Source: an uncultured Methanoregulaceae archaeon | GTDB taxonomy: Archaea > Halobacteriota > Methanomicrobia > Methanomicrobiales > Methanospirillaceae | Assembly: GCA_963705255.1 (NCBI GenBank) | Contig: OY970061.1 | Coordinates: 64,001-128,000, forward strand | DNA length: 64,000 bases | Direction: 5' to 3' | Part shown: piece after piece, positions 31,733-42,490 of the stretch | Numbering within the stretch: the first letter of the stretch is position 1 | Layout: each line of letters opens with the position of its first letter | Position numbers and translations under genes: made by a program | Notes under the pieces: generated by a model | Databases searched by the model: none | What the model saw: only the letters and a program-made list of their open reading frames with translations | What the model was told of the DNA's origin: nothing

Positions 31733-32263
31733 ATGATAACGTCAACCCGGTTGACGGTGAACAGAATTGGAACACAAGGCAGGAAGATTGTAGGGACCGA
31801 TGTTGCGGAACTGCTGAGGCTCCTCAACAAGGCATTTTCCGATGAATGGCTTGCGTATTACCAATACTGGATCGGCTCCAAAGTCGTCCGCGGGCCGGGC
31901 AAGGAGGCCGTTATCGCCGAGCTGACCCTTCACGCAACCGAGGAACTCGCCCACGCGACCCTTCTCACGACAAGGATCATCCAGCTCGGAGGGACCCCGG
32001 TCACGAAGCCGCAGGACTGGTACAAACTCACCAACTGTGGGTACGAGGCCCCCGATGACCCGTTCATCGTCAGGGTGCTCGAGCAGAACATCAAGGGGGA
32101 GCAGTGCGCCATCAAGACGTACAATGCTTTCATGAAGAAGACAAAGGACAAGGACCCGGTCACGTACAACATGCTCCTCACCATCCTTTCACAGGAGGTG
32201 GAGCACGAGGAGGACCTCCAGGCCCTGCTCGAGGATGTCAACGTGATCATGCACTCAAAATAA
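31733..32263 (+). CDS. DPS-like / ferritin-like di-iron protein
   Basis: DEWLAYYQYW, EELAHA..RIIQLGG, GEQCAI, EVEHEEDL ferritin-like motifs. Confidence 0.85.
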   Translation: MITSTRLTVNRIGTQGRKIVGTDVAELLRLLNKAFSDEWLAYYQYWIGSKVVRGPGKEAVIAELTLHATEELAHATLLTTRIIQLGGTPVTKPQDWYKLTNCGYEAPDDPFIVRVLEQNIKGEQCAIKTYNAFMKKTKDKDPVTYNMLLTILSQEVEHEEDLQALLEDVNVIMHSK

Positions 32264-32475
32264 TCTCTCTTTCTTTTTGGGGACGGTGGATACGTCCGGA
32301 TTCTTTACCCGCATGAAAAAAAATTACCCTGCAAAAAAGGGCGGTATCTCCTTCCGCTTCCTTAACGCATGATAAAAACCGGTTATTTTTAAAGAATACC
32401 TCCTGGATGCCCATTTTTATATAGTATCCATCGCAATTTCCTTTTATAAAAACGTGTTCCAGGCAGTGATTTTCC

Positions 32476-32757
32476 ATGACAGGTGAACATGTGAACGGGA
32501 AGAACGTAGGAAAAGTCGTGCTCTATGCCCTCAGCACCTGTGGCTGGTGCGAAAAAACCAAGCAGCTCCTCCGGACCACCGGAATCGCGTTTGATTTTAT
32601 CTATGTTGACCTGCTGGAAGGCGCCGAGCAGGACAATGCGATGGATATCGTCGAGAGATGGAACCCGCACGGTTCGTTTCCCACGCTGGTCATCAACGAT
32701 CGGAAATCCATTGTCGGTTTCCGGGAGAAGGAGATCAGGGAGGCACTCGGGTTATGA
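32476..32757 (+). CDS. Glutaredoxin-like protein (methanoredoxin-type)
   Basis: ALSTCGWC active site; [12 protein letters not shown]. Confidence 0.88.
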   Translation: MTGEHVNGKNVGKVVLYALSTCGWCEKTKQLLRTTGIAFDFIYVDLLEGAEQDNAMDIVERWNPHGSFPTLVINDRKSIVGFREKEIREALGL

Positions 32758-33269
32758 TCTTCGAAGGAGTGCTGGAGACCGAAGTGGAGAAATTCTACCA
32801 GGCACTGAACCGGGAAGCAGAAGCCGGTGGTTACCACCTGAACCCGGATATCGAGTTCACGAAAAATCTGGTCCGCGGCCTGATGAAGAACGAACAGCGC
32901 TACGGTTACCGCTCGTGCCCCTGCCGGCTCGCATCCGGCAAACGTGCTGAAGATCTGGATATCATCTGTCCCTGCTATTACCGGGACCCGGATATCACCG
33001 AGTACGGTGCGTGTTATTGTTCCCTGTATGTCAATAATCCAATCAAGGCAGGAGAACAGCTGGTCTTCCCCGTGCCTGAACGCCGCCCCCCCCGCAGCCG
33101 GCGCCTCATCGTCGGGACAGCCCGGACTGCCACGGCAACACCGCTGCCGGTGCTCGCGTTTCCTGTGTGGCGCTGCAAAGTCTGCGGCTACCTCTGCGCC
33201 CGGGAACAGCCTCCGGACGTATGCCCGATCTGCAAGGTTACGAAAGACCGGTTCGAACGCTTCATCTGA
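32754..33269 (+). CDS. Ferredoxin:thioredoxin reductase catalytic domain fused to rubredoxin-like domain (FDR-type)
   Basis: SCPCRL, ICPCYY, ACYCSLY; C-terminal [17 protein letters not shown]; ATGA overlap with the glutaredoxin gene. Confidence 0.9.
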   Translation: MIFEGVLETEVEKFYQALNREAEAGGYHLNPDIEFTKNLVRGLMKNEQRYGYRSCPCRLASGKRAEDLDIICPCYYRDPDITEYGACYCSLYVNNPIKAGEQLVFPVPERRPPRSRRLIVGTARTATATPLPVLAFPVWRCKVCGYLCAREQPPDVCPICKVTKDRFERFI

Positions 33270-33351
33270 ATTACCGGAATTTTCACCCCTTTTTCCCGGG
33301 GAGAGCCCCGATGACGAACACTAAATAGTGCCCGGATCAACAGTACCTGGT

Positions 33352-33690
33352 ATGGCAGGAACCGTCCGGGTCGAGATCGTCGGCCTGAAGACCTCTGAAT
33401 GCTCCCCCTTTCCCTGTGATGAGGACCGCACGTGTGGCCTGTCGGGCTGCTACCACTCGGGAAAACTTGTCGATGCTTTCAGCGAGCTGAAAAAAGTCCT
33501 CACGGAAACCTATGGTGACCGCGTCGAAGTGAAACTCACCCTGATTGACGACGGTGCTCCCGGTTACATCCGCATGATCATCGAAAAAGAATACCCCCCC
33601 ATCCCCATGGTCCTGGTCAACGGTCGGGTGACGAAGATCGGGAGGATCTCCCTGGACCGGATCAAAAAAGAGATCGAGAAGGAACTTTAA
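33352..33690 (+). CDS. Thioredoxin-fold hypothetical protein with Cys-rich insert
   Basis: CSPFPCDEDRTCGLSGC; PIPMVLVNG cis-Pro-like motif. Confidence 0.65.
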   Translation: MAGTVRVEIVGLKTSECSPFPCDEDRTCGLSGCYHSGKLVDAFSELKKVLTETYGDRVEVKLTLIDDGAPGYIRMIIEKEYPPIPMVLVNGRVTKIGRISLDRIKKEIEKEL

Positions 33691-34140
33691 ACCGGTTTTT
33701 CCTTTTTTCGGCTCTGGAGAAAACCTATTTTTCAATAAATCAGCTTATCATTTCAGGTGGTTATGAGGAAGCCTGTTCTTTCCTTCGGGAAGAGCGGTCT
33801 CCCCCACTACATCTACAACGAATATCGATGATTTCTCCAAAGTTTTTTTCAATTATGTATCTCTTTGAAACGCGTATAACGGGAAATTTCCGGAATCCAC
33901 CGTTTTACGAACCAGCAGATATTCCGCTGTGCCTTCCCGGTGATTTACCCAAACAGGGAACCGGCTCGCTCGTGACCCGGGAAAAATACGCCCCCCCGCA
34001 GTAAAATGCAGCACCAGTTATATATGGGGGGAGAAATAACCGGTGTAAATCGTTTTCAGAAAACTATCTCCTGATGATCCCGATGTATACAACCCGTTGT
34101 GATTCTCACTTCATCCTCTCCGGAAGAAAGGAGGTGCCGG

Positions 34141-34785
34141 ATGCCGGCCCTGTCGGCATATGCCGATTCTGAACCGTTCAACGAGGACCAGACGCTCCTC
34201 ACGCTCTACGCGCTGGCGGGAGAGGAGAGCGGGGGCTTTGTTACCTTCCGCCCGCACTTCCTCCACCGGATCGGGAAGGCGTTCTTTGACGGTGGTGCTG
34301 TCCCTGCCCCCCTCGGGGTCGTCGGTTCAGCCGAAGTCAGGGAGCTCTCGGAGGAGGAGATGGCTAGGGCTGAACGCGAACTCTGGATCCATTACCACCA
34401 GCAGAAAGCAGACCACCGGAACGACCGCCTCTTTGCAGCGTTCGCCGGGACCAAGCTCATCGGGGTGGCCCGCTGTGCCCGGCACCCCGACGGGCTCGAA
34501 GTGGACGCGGTGTATGTGCTCGACGAATACCGGCGGCAGGGGTTTGCCCGCTCGGTTATGGCACTACTTGTCGGGGAATGCGGGAAGAACGACACCCTCT
34601 ACATGCACTCGAAACTTGAACTCGTGGACTTTTACGGGAGCCTCGGGTTCCACCCTATCCGCGAGGCCGAGCTCCCGAAGTCCATCCGTGAGCGGTTCAG
34701 TTTTGCGCTCGGCAACCTCGGGGGGCTCGATGTCCTGCCGATGAAACGTGATGCAGGGGCAGTCCCTGCAACGGAAAATACCTGA
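34141..34785 (+). CDS. GNAT family N-acetyltransferase
   Basis: VYVLDEYRRQGFARSVM; LVDFYGSLGF. Confidence 0.85.
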   Translation: MPALSAYADSEPFNEDQTLLTLYALAGEESGGFVTFRPHFLHRIGKAFFDGGAVPAPLGVVGSAEVRELSEEEMARAERELWIHYHQQKADHRNDRLFAAFAGTKLIGVARCARHPDGLEVDAVYVLDEYRRQGFARSVMALLVGECGKNDTLYMHSKLELVDFYGSLGFHPIREAELPKSIRERFSFALGNLGGLDVLPMKRDAGAVPATENT

Positions 34786-34872
34786 AGGGAGACAGATGGT
34801 GGCGGGGTACTGCATTAGGGATGGAAAGAGGGACGCCCGGCGTTCACTGCCACAGGAGAACGGGGGAATACG

Positions 34873-36818
34873 ATGATTCCCGAGATCTTTTATATCGCTC
34901 TCGCGCTGCTGTTCCTGGGTTTTGTCGTTCCCCTGATTTTCGCGCAGCACGATCGCCGGGTCATCCGGACGTTCTCCCTCACCTGCACCTTCTGCGCATC
35001 AATCCTGCTGGGTTTTGTCGCGCTGGACGTCCTTGCCGGCGGCGGCACCCTTGCATTTGTTGGTTACCAGCCCGTTGCCGGGATCTCCTTCGCGTTCACG
35101 GTCGACCGGCTCGCAGCGTTCTTCATCCTGGTTATCGCGCTCGTTTCAGGGTGCGTGGCGATCTACTCGTATGAATATACCGAACACCTCTCCGGAGAGT
35201 CGCGGAGGAACCTCCTCTGCGGCTGTACAAACCTCTTCATTCTTGCGATGGTCCTCGTCGTCGCCTCGGCCACGACGCTCTCCTTCCTCCTCTTCTGGGA
35301 GCTGATGGCGGGTGCATCGTTCTTCCTTGTCATGTACGAGTACCCGGGAACCCGAGACCCGGAAGGCCGGCATCTTCTATCTCGTGATGACCCAGCTCTC
35401 CACGCTCTTCGTCTTCCTCGGCATCATTGCCCTCTACGAGCAGACCGGGTCGTTTGCCATCGCCCCCTTGGGAGCTGCAGCCTCGCCCCTCGTTACGGCG
35501 GCTTTCCTCTCCCTCTTTCTGGGGTTCTCCATCAAGGGCGGCATCATCCCGTTCCACAAGTGGCTCCCGTACGCCCATCCCGCAAGCCCGTCGCCGATCT
35601 CCGCGCTGATGTCGGGCGTGATGCTGAAGATTGCGGTTTACGGGTTGATCCGGTTCCTCCTCGGTGTCTTCACCCCGGACCTTTGGTGGGGTGTCCTGAT
35701 CCTCGCTGCAGGCACCGCTTCCGCAGTCCTCGGGGTGATCTACTCCCTGAAGGAGCACGATATCAAAGGGATGCTCGCCTACTCGAGCATCGAGAACATC
35801 GGGATCATCTTCATCGGCACCGGGCTCTTTGTGATCTTCACCGAATACCACCTCCCCCAGCTCGCCCTGATCAGCCTCCTCGGTGCGCTCTTCCATTCCC
35901 TGAACCATGCGCTGTTCAAGAGCCTCCTCTTCCTCACCTCGGGCTCGGTTATCCACGCCACCCGTACGCGGGACATCGAGCAGATGGGAGGCCTCGCCCA
36001 CCGGATGCCGTATACCTCGGCCCTGTTCTTCATCGGGGCCCTCGCGATCGCCGCCCTCCCCCCGCTCAACGGGTTTGCAAGCGAGGTCCTCATCTTCATC
36101 TCGTTCTTCTCGTCCGTGGCACTTGTCGATCCGTTCTTCAAGGTGCTGCTCTTCATCTGCCTCTCCCTGTTCGCCCTGACGAGCGCACTCTCGGCAGCCT
36201 GTTTTGTCAAGGCCTACGGCTCCATCTTCCTCGCCCTCCCCCGCTCCCCGGAAAGTGCCGGAGCCCGGGAAGTGCCTGCGGCGATGATCGCCGGACCCGC
36301 GATCCTCGCTGCAGCGTGTGTATTCCTTGGCCTCTTCGCATTCCAGATCTTCTCCCTGTCGGGCTTTCCGGTCCCCATGCCGGACATGCTGCTCGTCGGC
36401 CTCCTCCTCCTCGTGATGGCAGCGCTTGCGTACGGGGCCCTGCACTTCGGGGCTTCCCGCGGGGTCAGGATCTCCGAGACATGGGGATGCGGCACCCCCT
36501 CGCAGCGGTCGTCCACGGAATACAGCGGTCACGGGTTTTCGGAACCTATTGATGTCATCTTCTCGACCATCTACCGCACCCGGATCAGGAACGAGCGGAC
36601 ATTCTTCGACGGACAAAACTGCATCTTCCGGGAAGGGACCGCGGAGATCCGGCTCATGAAAGTCTTTGAAGAGGTACTTCTACCTGCCTGTGGCGCGGGC
36701 CTCCTGCCGGGCCGCGGCTGTGCTTTCAAGGCTCCAGAACGGCTGTCTCGACACGTACCTCCTGTACGTCTTTGTCACGGTCATTGCCATCATCCTCTTC
36801 CTCGGGTGGTTTGCATGA
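34873..36818 (+). CDS. Ehr/HyfB-like proton-conducting antiporter-type subunit; two apparent indels
   Basis: FLLFWELM, KGGIIPFHKWLPYAHP, AYSSIENIG, HSLNHALFKSLLF, LPPLNGFASE; frameshifts near 35350 and 36674; ends FLGWFA* overlapping the next ATG. Confidence 0.85.
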
Positions 36819-37756
36819 ACCTGTCGTTCGTCCTGTACCTCGTGGTGAACACGCTCCTTGTGCTCGCGATCTCCCCGCTCTTTGTCAGCCTCATCAAAAA
36901 GGTGAAGGCGTGGACGCAGGGGAGGAACGGCCCGTCAGTCTTCCAGACCTACTTCACGCTGGCAAAACTCGCAAAAAAGGAGGTCATTTACTCCCCCCAC
37001 GCCTCGGCCATCATGCGTGTCACGCCGATCGTGAACATCGCGGCAGTCCTCGTCGCCGCCCTCTTCGTCCCCCTCGTCTTTGTCCCTGAACCGGTGGGGG
37101 GCATCGGCAACATCATCCTCCTGCTCTACCTCCTCGCCCTTGCCAAGTTCTTCATGGCCCTCGCCGGGCTCGACGCGGGGAGTTCCTTCGGCGGCATGGG
37201 CAGTTCGCGGGAGATGAGCATCTCGGCCATCATCGAACCCACGACCATCATCGTCTTTGCCGCCCTCGTCTTCGTCTTCAGGACACTCAACGTCTTCGAC
37301 ATGTTTGTGGCATCCGCTGCTGCCGGCACGCTTTCGACGCCGACGCTGATCCTGATCGGGATCTCCCTCTTCATCATCCTCATCGTCGAGACTTCCCGTA
37401 TACCGGTCGACAACCCGGAGACGCACCTGGAACTGACTATGATCCACGAAGGGATGATCCTCGAGCAGTCGGGGCGCAACCTTACCCTGATGGAGCTCTC
37501 GTCCGCGGTGAAGCTGACGCTCCTGATGGCGCTCCTCATCAACCTGGTCGTCCCGTACGGGCTTGCGACCAGCGTCACCGCTGCCGGCATCCTTGCAGCA
37601 GTGGTCCTCTTCATCATCAAAGGCTCCGTTCTTGCAGGGATCACCGGGCTCTTCGAATCCTCCATGGCCAAGATGCGGTTCTTCCGGCTCCCCAGCCTGT
37701 TTGCCATGGCATTCTTCTTCTCCACCCTGATCATCATCATCGAGGTGTTCGCATGA
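36815..37756 (+). CDS. Ehr/HyfC-like (NuoH family) membrane subunit
   Basis: QGRNGPSVFQTY, GSSFGGMGSSRE, ETSRIPVDNPETHLELTMIHE. Confidence 0.88.
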   Translation: MNLSFVLYLVVNTLLVLAISPLFVSLIKKVKAWTQGRNGPSVFQTYFTLAKLAKKEVIYSPHASAIMRVTPIVNIAAVLVAALFVPLVFVPEPVGGIGNIILLLYLLALAKFFMALAGLDAGSSFGGMGSSREMSISAIIEPTTIIVFAALVFVFRTLNVFDMFVASAAAGTLSTPTLILIGISLFIILIVETSRIPVDNPETHLELTMIHEGMILEQSGRNLTLMELSSAVKLTLLMALLINLVVPYGLATSVTAAGILAAVVLFIIKGSVLAGITGLFESSMAKMRFFRLPSLFAMAFFFSTLIIIIEVFA

Positions 37757-38445
37757 TCGACCCGGCCTATATCCAGGGTATCGTCAGGATCCTGTTCGTC
37801 ATCGTGATCATCACGGCAGCCTATATCATCTCTACCCGCAACCTGCTCTCGGTCGTCTCCGTCTATGCCCTCCAGTCTCTGACGCTCGTCTGCATCGCGC
37901 TCGCCCTCTGGTCGCTCGAAGGGACGACCGTCCTCCTTGCCATCGCGGTCCTCACGTTTGTCACCAAGGTACTGGTCATCCCCTACTTCATCGCTGCCAT
38001 CCAGGAGCGGGTGCGGATCAAGCGGGACATCGAGTTCCATTACCTGAGCCCGACGACCTCGCTCCTCCTCTCGATGGGCCTGATGCTGGTCATTTACATC
38101 GCGCTCTCGAGGATCCTGCAGGGGACACCAGCTCGGGAGAGCCTCTTCTTCTTCGGTGCCGTCCTTGGGATCTCCCTGATGCTGATGGGGATGATGGTGA
38201 CCTTCTCGAGAAAACGTGCCATCACCAAGGTGCTGGGCTACCTTTCCATGGAGAACGGGGTGCTGCTCTTCGGCATGTTCGTCACCGAACTGCCGTTCAT
38301 CATCGAGTTTTTGATCATCATCGACCTGATCATCCTCGTCCTCCTGACCACCATCCTGACGGTTGGGATCGACTCGACGCTCGAGGACTACCACAAACGG
38401 CTGCACCGCTTCCACCTCCTTGAAGAGATGGAGGAGACACCATGA
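37753..38445 (+). CDS. Ehr/HyfE-like membrane subunit
   Basis: VYALQS, TKVLVIP, GYLSMENG; operon position. Confidence 0.85.
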   Translation: MIDPAYIQGIVRILFVIVIITAAYIISTRNLLSVVSVYALQSLTLVCIALALWSLEGTTVLLAIAVLTFVTKVLVIPYFIAAIQERVRIKRDIEFHYLSPTTSLLLSMGLMLVIYIALSRILQGTPARESLFFFGAVLGISLMLMGMMVTFSRKRAITKVLGYLSMENGVLLFGMFVTELPFIIEFLIIIDLIILVLLTTILTVGIDSTLEDYHKRLHRFHLLEEMEETP

Positions 38446-39920
38446 TCCTGGAAGCATCTGTCCTCACGGCGGTCTGTGCACTTGTCATGGTAGCCGCAAG
38501 CCGCACCCACCGGCAGATGAATGCAGTCTGCATCCTTGAGGGGGTCCTGTTCCTGGTGCTGGCAGGCTTCGTCCTCCTGTCAGGGATCCCGGTATCGTCC
38601 TTCATTGTCCGCAGCCAGTATTTCTTCATCGACCACCTCGGCATCTACGAAGTGCTGATCACGGCTGTGGTCTTCACCCTCGCCGCGGTCTATGCCCGGG
38701 GGTATGTCGAGGGACTGCTCGAGAGCAGGGAACTCGGGAAAGGGAGCCTCAGGCTCTTCTACGCGGCGTGGGCCCTCCTCCTCCCCATCATCGTCCTTGC
38801 GTTCTTCTCGGACAACCTCGCCCTCTTCTGGATCTTTGCCGAGCTGACCACGGTCATCTCCGCCATGCTCGTCGCGATCCTCTATGCCCGGGAGAACATC
38901 GACGCTGCCGTCAAGTACATCTTCATTGCATCGGTCTCGATGCTCTTCTCGTTCGTCGGGCTGATCTTCCTCTTCGAGATCTCCCGCACTGCGACGGGGA
39001 GCGGCACCCTGAACTGGACTGCCCTGATCCAGCAGGCCCCCTCGTTCCCGGCGGGCATGATGGTAGCCGCGTTCGCCCTCGTCTTTGTCGGGTTTGCCGC
39101 AAAGTGCGGTATCTTCCCGTTCCATACCTGGCTCCCGGAAGCCCATGCCAAGGCGCCCTCCGCCGTCAGCGCCGTCCTCTCGGGAGTCCTCCTGAACGTG
39201 GGGATGTACGGTATCATCCGCGTCTTTGCCATCGTCCACCAGACCCCGGCCGTCTCCACGGTCGCCCCGCTGATTGCCCTCTTCGGGCTCTTTACCGTCG
39301 GCATTGCCGCGGTCTCCATGCTGGGCGAGAAGAACCTCAAGAAACTGGTGGCGTTCTCGAGCGTGGAGAACATGGGCATCCTGCTCCTCGGCATCGCGGT
39401 CGCCACACCCCTGGCCATCTTCTGGGTCCTCTTCCACGTCATGGCCCACTCCTTCACAAAAGCCTCCCTCTTCTTCTCGGCAGGGATCCTCCACCGCCAG
39501 TACCGGAGCCCGCTCTCGAGCGATGCTGCCGACGAGATCCGGGACGTCTTCCGGCTCCAGCCGCTTGCCGCCTGGGGCATCATCATCGGCGGGCTTGCTA
39601 TCACCGGCATGCCTCTCTTCCCGATCTTCTTCTCCAAGCTCTTCATCCTGCTCCAGATCGGCACGGTCTCACTCTGGGAGGTACTGATAGTCCTTGTCCT
39701 GCTCTTCATCGCGGCCTCGGCACTCGGGTACTACGTGATCACAACTTTTACTCAGGTGTCGTCCCCAGAACATCCGACTGATATCCGGCAGTACCCTACT
39801 CCTTCCGGCATGAAGGTGCCCGTCATCGTCCTGCTCTGCATTATCCTCGTCCTCGGGATAGTCTTTACCAATGGGGAAGTGACATTCCTCAATCAGATCG
39901 TCGCGGAGCTGAGGTTCTGA
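38442..39920 (+). CDS. Ehr/HyfF-like antiporter-type subunit
   Basis: WIFAELTT, AKCGIFPFHTWLPEAHAKAPS, AFSSVENMG, HSFTKASLF. Confidence 0.88.
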   Translation: MILEASVLTAVCALVMVAASRTHRQMNAVCILEGVLFLVLAGFVLLSGIPVSSFIVRSQYFFIDHLGIYEVLITAVVFTLAAVYARGYVEGLLESRELGKGSLRLFYAAWALLLPIIVLAFFSDNLALFWIFAELTTVISAMLVAILYARENIDAAVKYIFIASVSMLFSFVGLIFLFEISRTATGSGTLNWTALIQQAPSFPAGMMVAAFALVFVGFAAKCGIFPFHTWLPEAHAKAPSAVSAVLSGVLLNVGMYGIIRVFAIVHQTPAVSTVAPLIALFGLFTVGIAAVSMLGEKNLKKLVAFSSVENMGILLLGIAVATPLAIFWVLFHVMAHSFTKASLFFSAGILHRQYRSPLSSDAADEIRDVFRLQPLAAWGIIIGGLAITGMPLFPIFFSKLFILLQIGTVSLWEVLIVLVLLFIAASALGYYVITTFTQVSSPEHPTDIRQYPTPSGMKVPVIVLLCIILVLGIVFTNGEVTFLNQIVAELRF

Positions 39921-41501
39921 TGACAACCGACGAGACTCCTGATATCGCAGACGTTCGCCATCTCCTGGGGCCCGGAGGGGCGTCCCTGCAGATAGACCGG
40001 GGGTGCAACGGTGAATATTACGTGGCTCCCGGTGAACGCGGGTTCCTGCAGGTTATTACAAACCTCGCTGCCCGCAAGTGCGTCCTGATCGGCCTGTTCT
40101 GTGTGGAAGGGTTCTCCGCATCAGCACGGTTCTCGCTCTTCTATGTCTTCGAGAAGAAGACCCGGGTTATCATCCTCATCCGGGACTGCGATGGGAGGAC
40201 CAGTTCGGTTGCCCGGATCTTCCCTTCCGCCTCCTGGTTCGAGCGCGAGTGCCGGGACGGGTTCGGCGTTGAGTTCGACGGTGCCTTCGATACGAGGAGG
40301 CTCTTCCTCCACGAGACCTATCCCGACGGTTTCCACCCGCTGGCCAGGTCGTTCCGGAACGGCCCCCTTGTCACCCGGCAATCCGTTGACCCCGCGGATG
40401 AATACCCGTTCAGGAATGTCAGCGGCGAAGGCGTGTACCAGGTACCGGTTGGCCCGGTCCACGCGGGTATCATCGAGCCGGGGCATTTCCGGTTCAGCGT
40501 GATCGGCGAGACCATCTTCAACCTCGAGGTCCGCATGTTCTACACGCACCGCGGGATCGAGAAACTCGCGGAGGGGAAGACCCCGCAGGAGTCCGTCAGA
40601 GTCGCCGAGGCGGTGAGCGGCGACGAGTCGGTGGCAAACGCGGTGGCATTCTGCCTCGCGGTCGAGAAGATCTCCGGCACTCCTGTACCGGAACGGGCCT
40701 GGTACCTCAGGACCATCCTCCTCGAGATGGAGAGGATCTGCTCGCACCTCGGGGACCAGGCCGGCATGCTGGTCGATGTCGCCTTCCCGCTCGGGGCCGC
40801 CCAGTTCTCCGTCCTCCGGGAGGACGTCTTCCGCATGAACGCCCGGCTCGACCGGCTCGCGGTTCATGCGGGGGGTGATCGTACCCGGCGGGCTTGCACA
40901 GGATGCCAGTAAGGCGGACCTCTCCGCGCTTGCGGCATTCACCCGGCAGTTCCGGAAGCGCTACCGGGTCGGCCTGAAGATCGTCCTCTCCACCACGTCC
41001 GTGATCGACCGCTTCGCGACGACCGGTGTGATCAGGAAGCACCTGCTGCGCCCGCTCAATATCACCGGTCCAGCGGCGCGGGCTTCCGGGGGCAGGGTCG
41101 ACGTACGGGTCAACCACCCGTACGGCATCTATGACCGCTTCGCCCCGGCCATGAAACCGCTCAACGACGGGGACGTCCTCTCGCGGTTCACGGTGAAAGC
41201 AGCCGAGATCCTCGACTCGCTCGACCTAGTCGACCGGCTGCTTGCCCAGGTGCCCGAAGGCCCGGTGAAGGGCGACGTGGCGGTCGGCGACGGGTATGCA
41301 CTGGCACTCGTGGAATCGGCCCGGGGGCAGAATCTCTGCTGGGTGCGGGTCAGGGACGGGCTCATCGACCGGTACAAGGTGAGGACCGCCTCGTTCTGCA
41401 ACTGGCAGGCTATCGAACACGCGGTGCAGGGGAACATCGTCCCGGATTTCCCCGTCATCAACAAGAGCCTGAACCTGTCCTATGCCGGGACGGACCTGTG
41501 A
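39920..41501 (+). CDS. EhrL / HyfG-like NuoC+NuoD fusion large subunit lacking NiFe ligands; one apparent indel near 40850
   Basis: WFERECRDGFG, VGPVHAGIIEPGHFRF, YTHRGIEK, EAVSGDESVAN in place of RxCxxC, DFPVINKSLNLSYAGTDL in place of DPCxxC. Confidence 0.88.
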
Positions 41502-41510
41502 GGTGGAGCG

Positions 41511-42035
41511 ATGGTCAACGCATTCTCCTGTTTTATCAAGAAGAAAGTGACCGAAGAGGGGCCGGCCCGGGACGGGGAGATTGAGATACTGGGCCGGAAG
41601 ATCCGGCGCTCGGTCGACGCGGTCTTCGGACGGAGCCTTGCCATCCGCGAGCTGGACGCGGGCAGCGACAACGCGGCCGAGATCGAGATTAACAACCTGA
41701 ACAACCCGTATTACGATGTCGAGCGGTTCGGCATCACCTTTGTCGCATCCCCCCGGCACGCGGACGTGCTGATCATCACGGGCGCCGTGACCCACAACAT
41801 GGCGATTGCCGCGAAGAAGACCTACGATGCGATGCCTTCCCCGAAATTTGTCGTTGCTGTCGGGGACGATGCCTGTGATGGCGGGATCTATCGGGACACG
41901 TATGCCGTGCTTGGCGGGGCGGACCGGCTGCTGCCCGTAGACCTGAAGATCCCGGGTAACCCGCCCACACCCGTGCAGATCCTTGAAGGGCTGCTGGCAC
42001 TGATGAGGAAGGCGGGAGAGAAAGACCGGGACTGA
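41511..42035 (+). CDS. EhrS / HyfI-like (NuoB family) small subunit lacking canonical Fe-S cysteines
   Basis: YDVERFGITFVASPRHADVLIITGAVT; GSDNAAE, VGDDA and IPGNPP at the conserved Cys positions. Confidence 0.88.
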   Translation: MVNAFSCFIKKKVTEEGPARDGEIEILGRKIRRSVDAVFGRSLAIRELDAGSDNAAEIEINNLNNPYYDVERFGITFVASPRHADVLIITGAVTHNMAIAAKKTYDAMPSPKFVVAVGDDACDGGIYRDTYAVLGGADRLLPVDLKIPGNPPTPVQILEGLLALMRKAGEKDRD

Positions 42036-42490
42036 TGCTCCTCCCTTTTGATAGGCAAAGGTCTCCGGGTGTTCCTCTCCTGTGCGGACACCTTCGATCC
42101 GGTCCACGCGGACGACGAGGGCTTCCACTGCCAGTACGACATCTCTTCATTCAGCCCGAGCCGGTTCAGCCGTAAAATACATAGGAGATTATGGTAATAT
42201 ATACCTCTCAATCTAAAATATAGTCATCATTCGAAAAATAAATATCCCTCTCAATTCCATACCTGATCGGAAAACAGGAATCACCGGATTTTCTTTCTCA
42301 GGGAGATGGAGAATCAGGGAGATAGAGAATCCTGAACCCGGATCTTTCCAGCGTAACCATGACTCAGTGAGGATCACCCATGCCCACACAATCCTGTCAG
42401 CAGGACTCAGGAGATAACGATCGTCCAATACCTGCAGGCTCCGGTACCAGAACAACGAATAACCGTACATCCGGTTCCCTGCCATTGGAC

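Noticed and set aside
33759-33840. Possible fluoride (crcB) riboswitch upstream of the GNAT-Ehr genes (GGTTATGAGGAAGCC...GATGATTTCTC)
   Set aside because: Only loosely similar; spacing and several conserved positions deviate and it is ~300 bp from the next gene. An Infernal search with the Rfam fluoride model would be needed.
35312-37756. 814-aa HyfB-HyfC fusion protein
   Set aside because: Artefact of an extra G near 36674; the corrected HyfB-like frame stops at 36818, overlapping the HyfC-like ATG.
39920-41501. Functional [NiFe] hydrogenase (hydrogenase-4 / Ech)
   Set aside because: Both Ni-binding CxxC motifs are absent.
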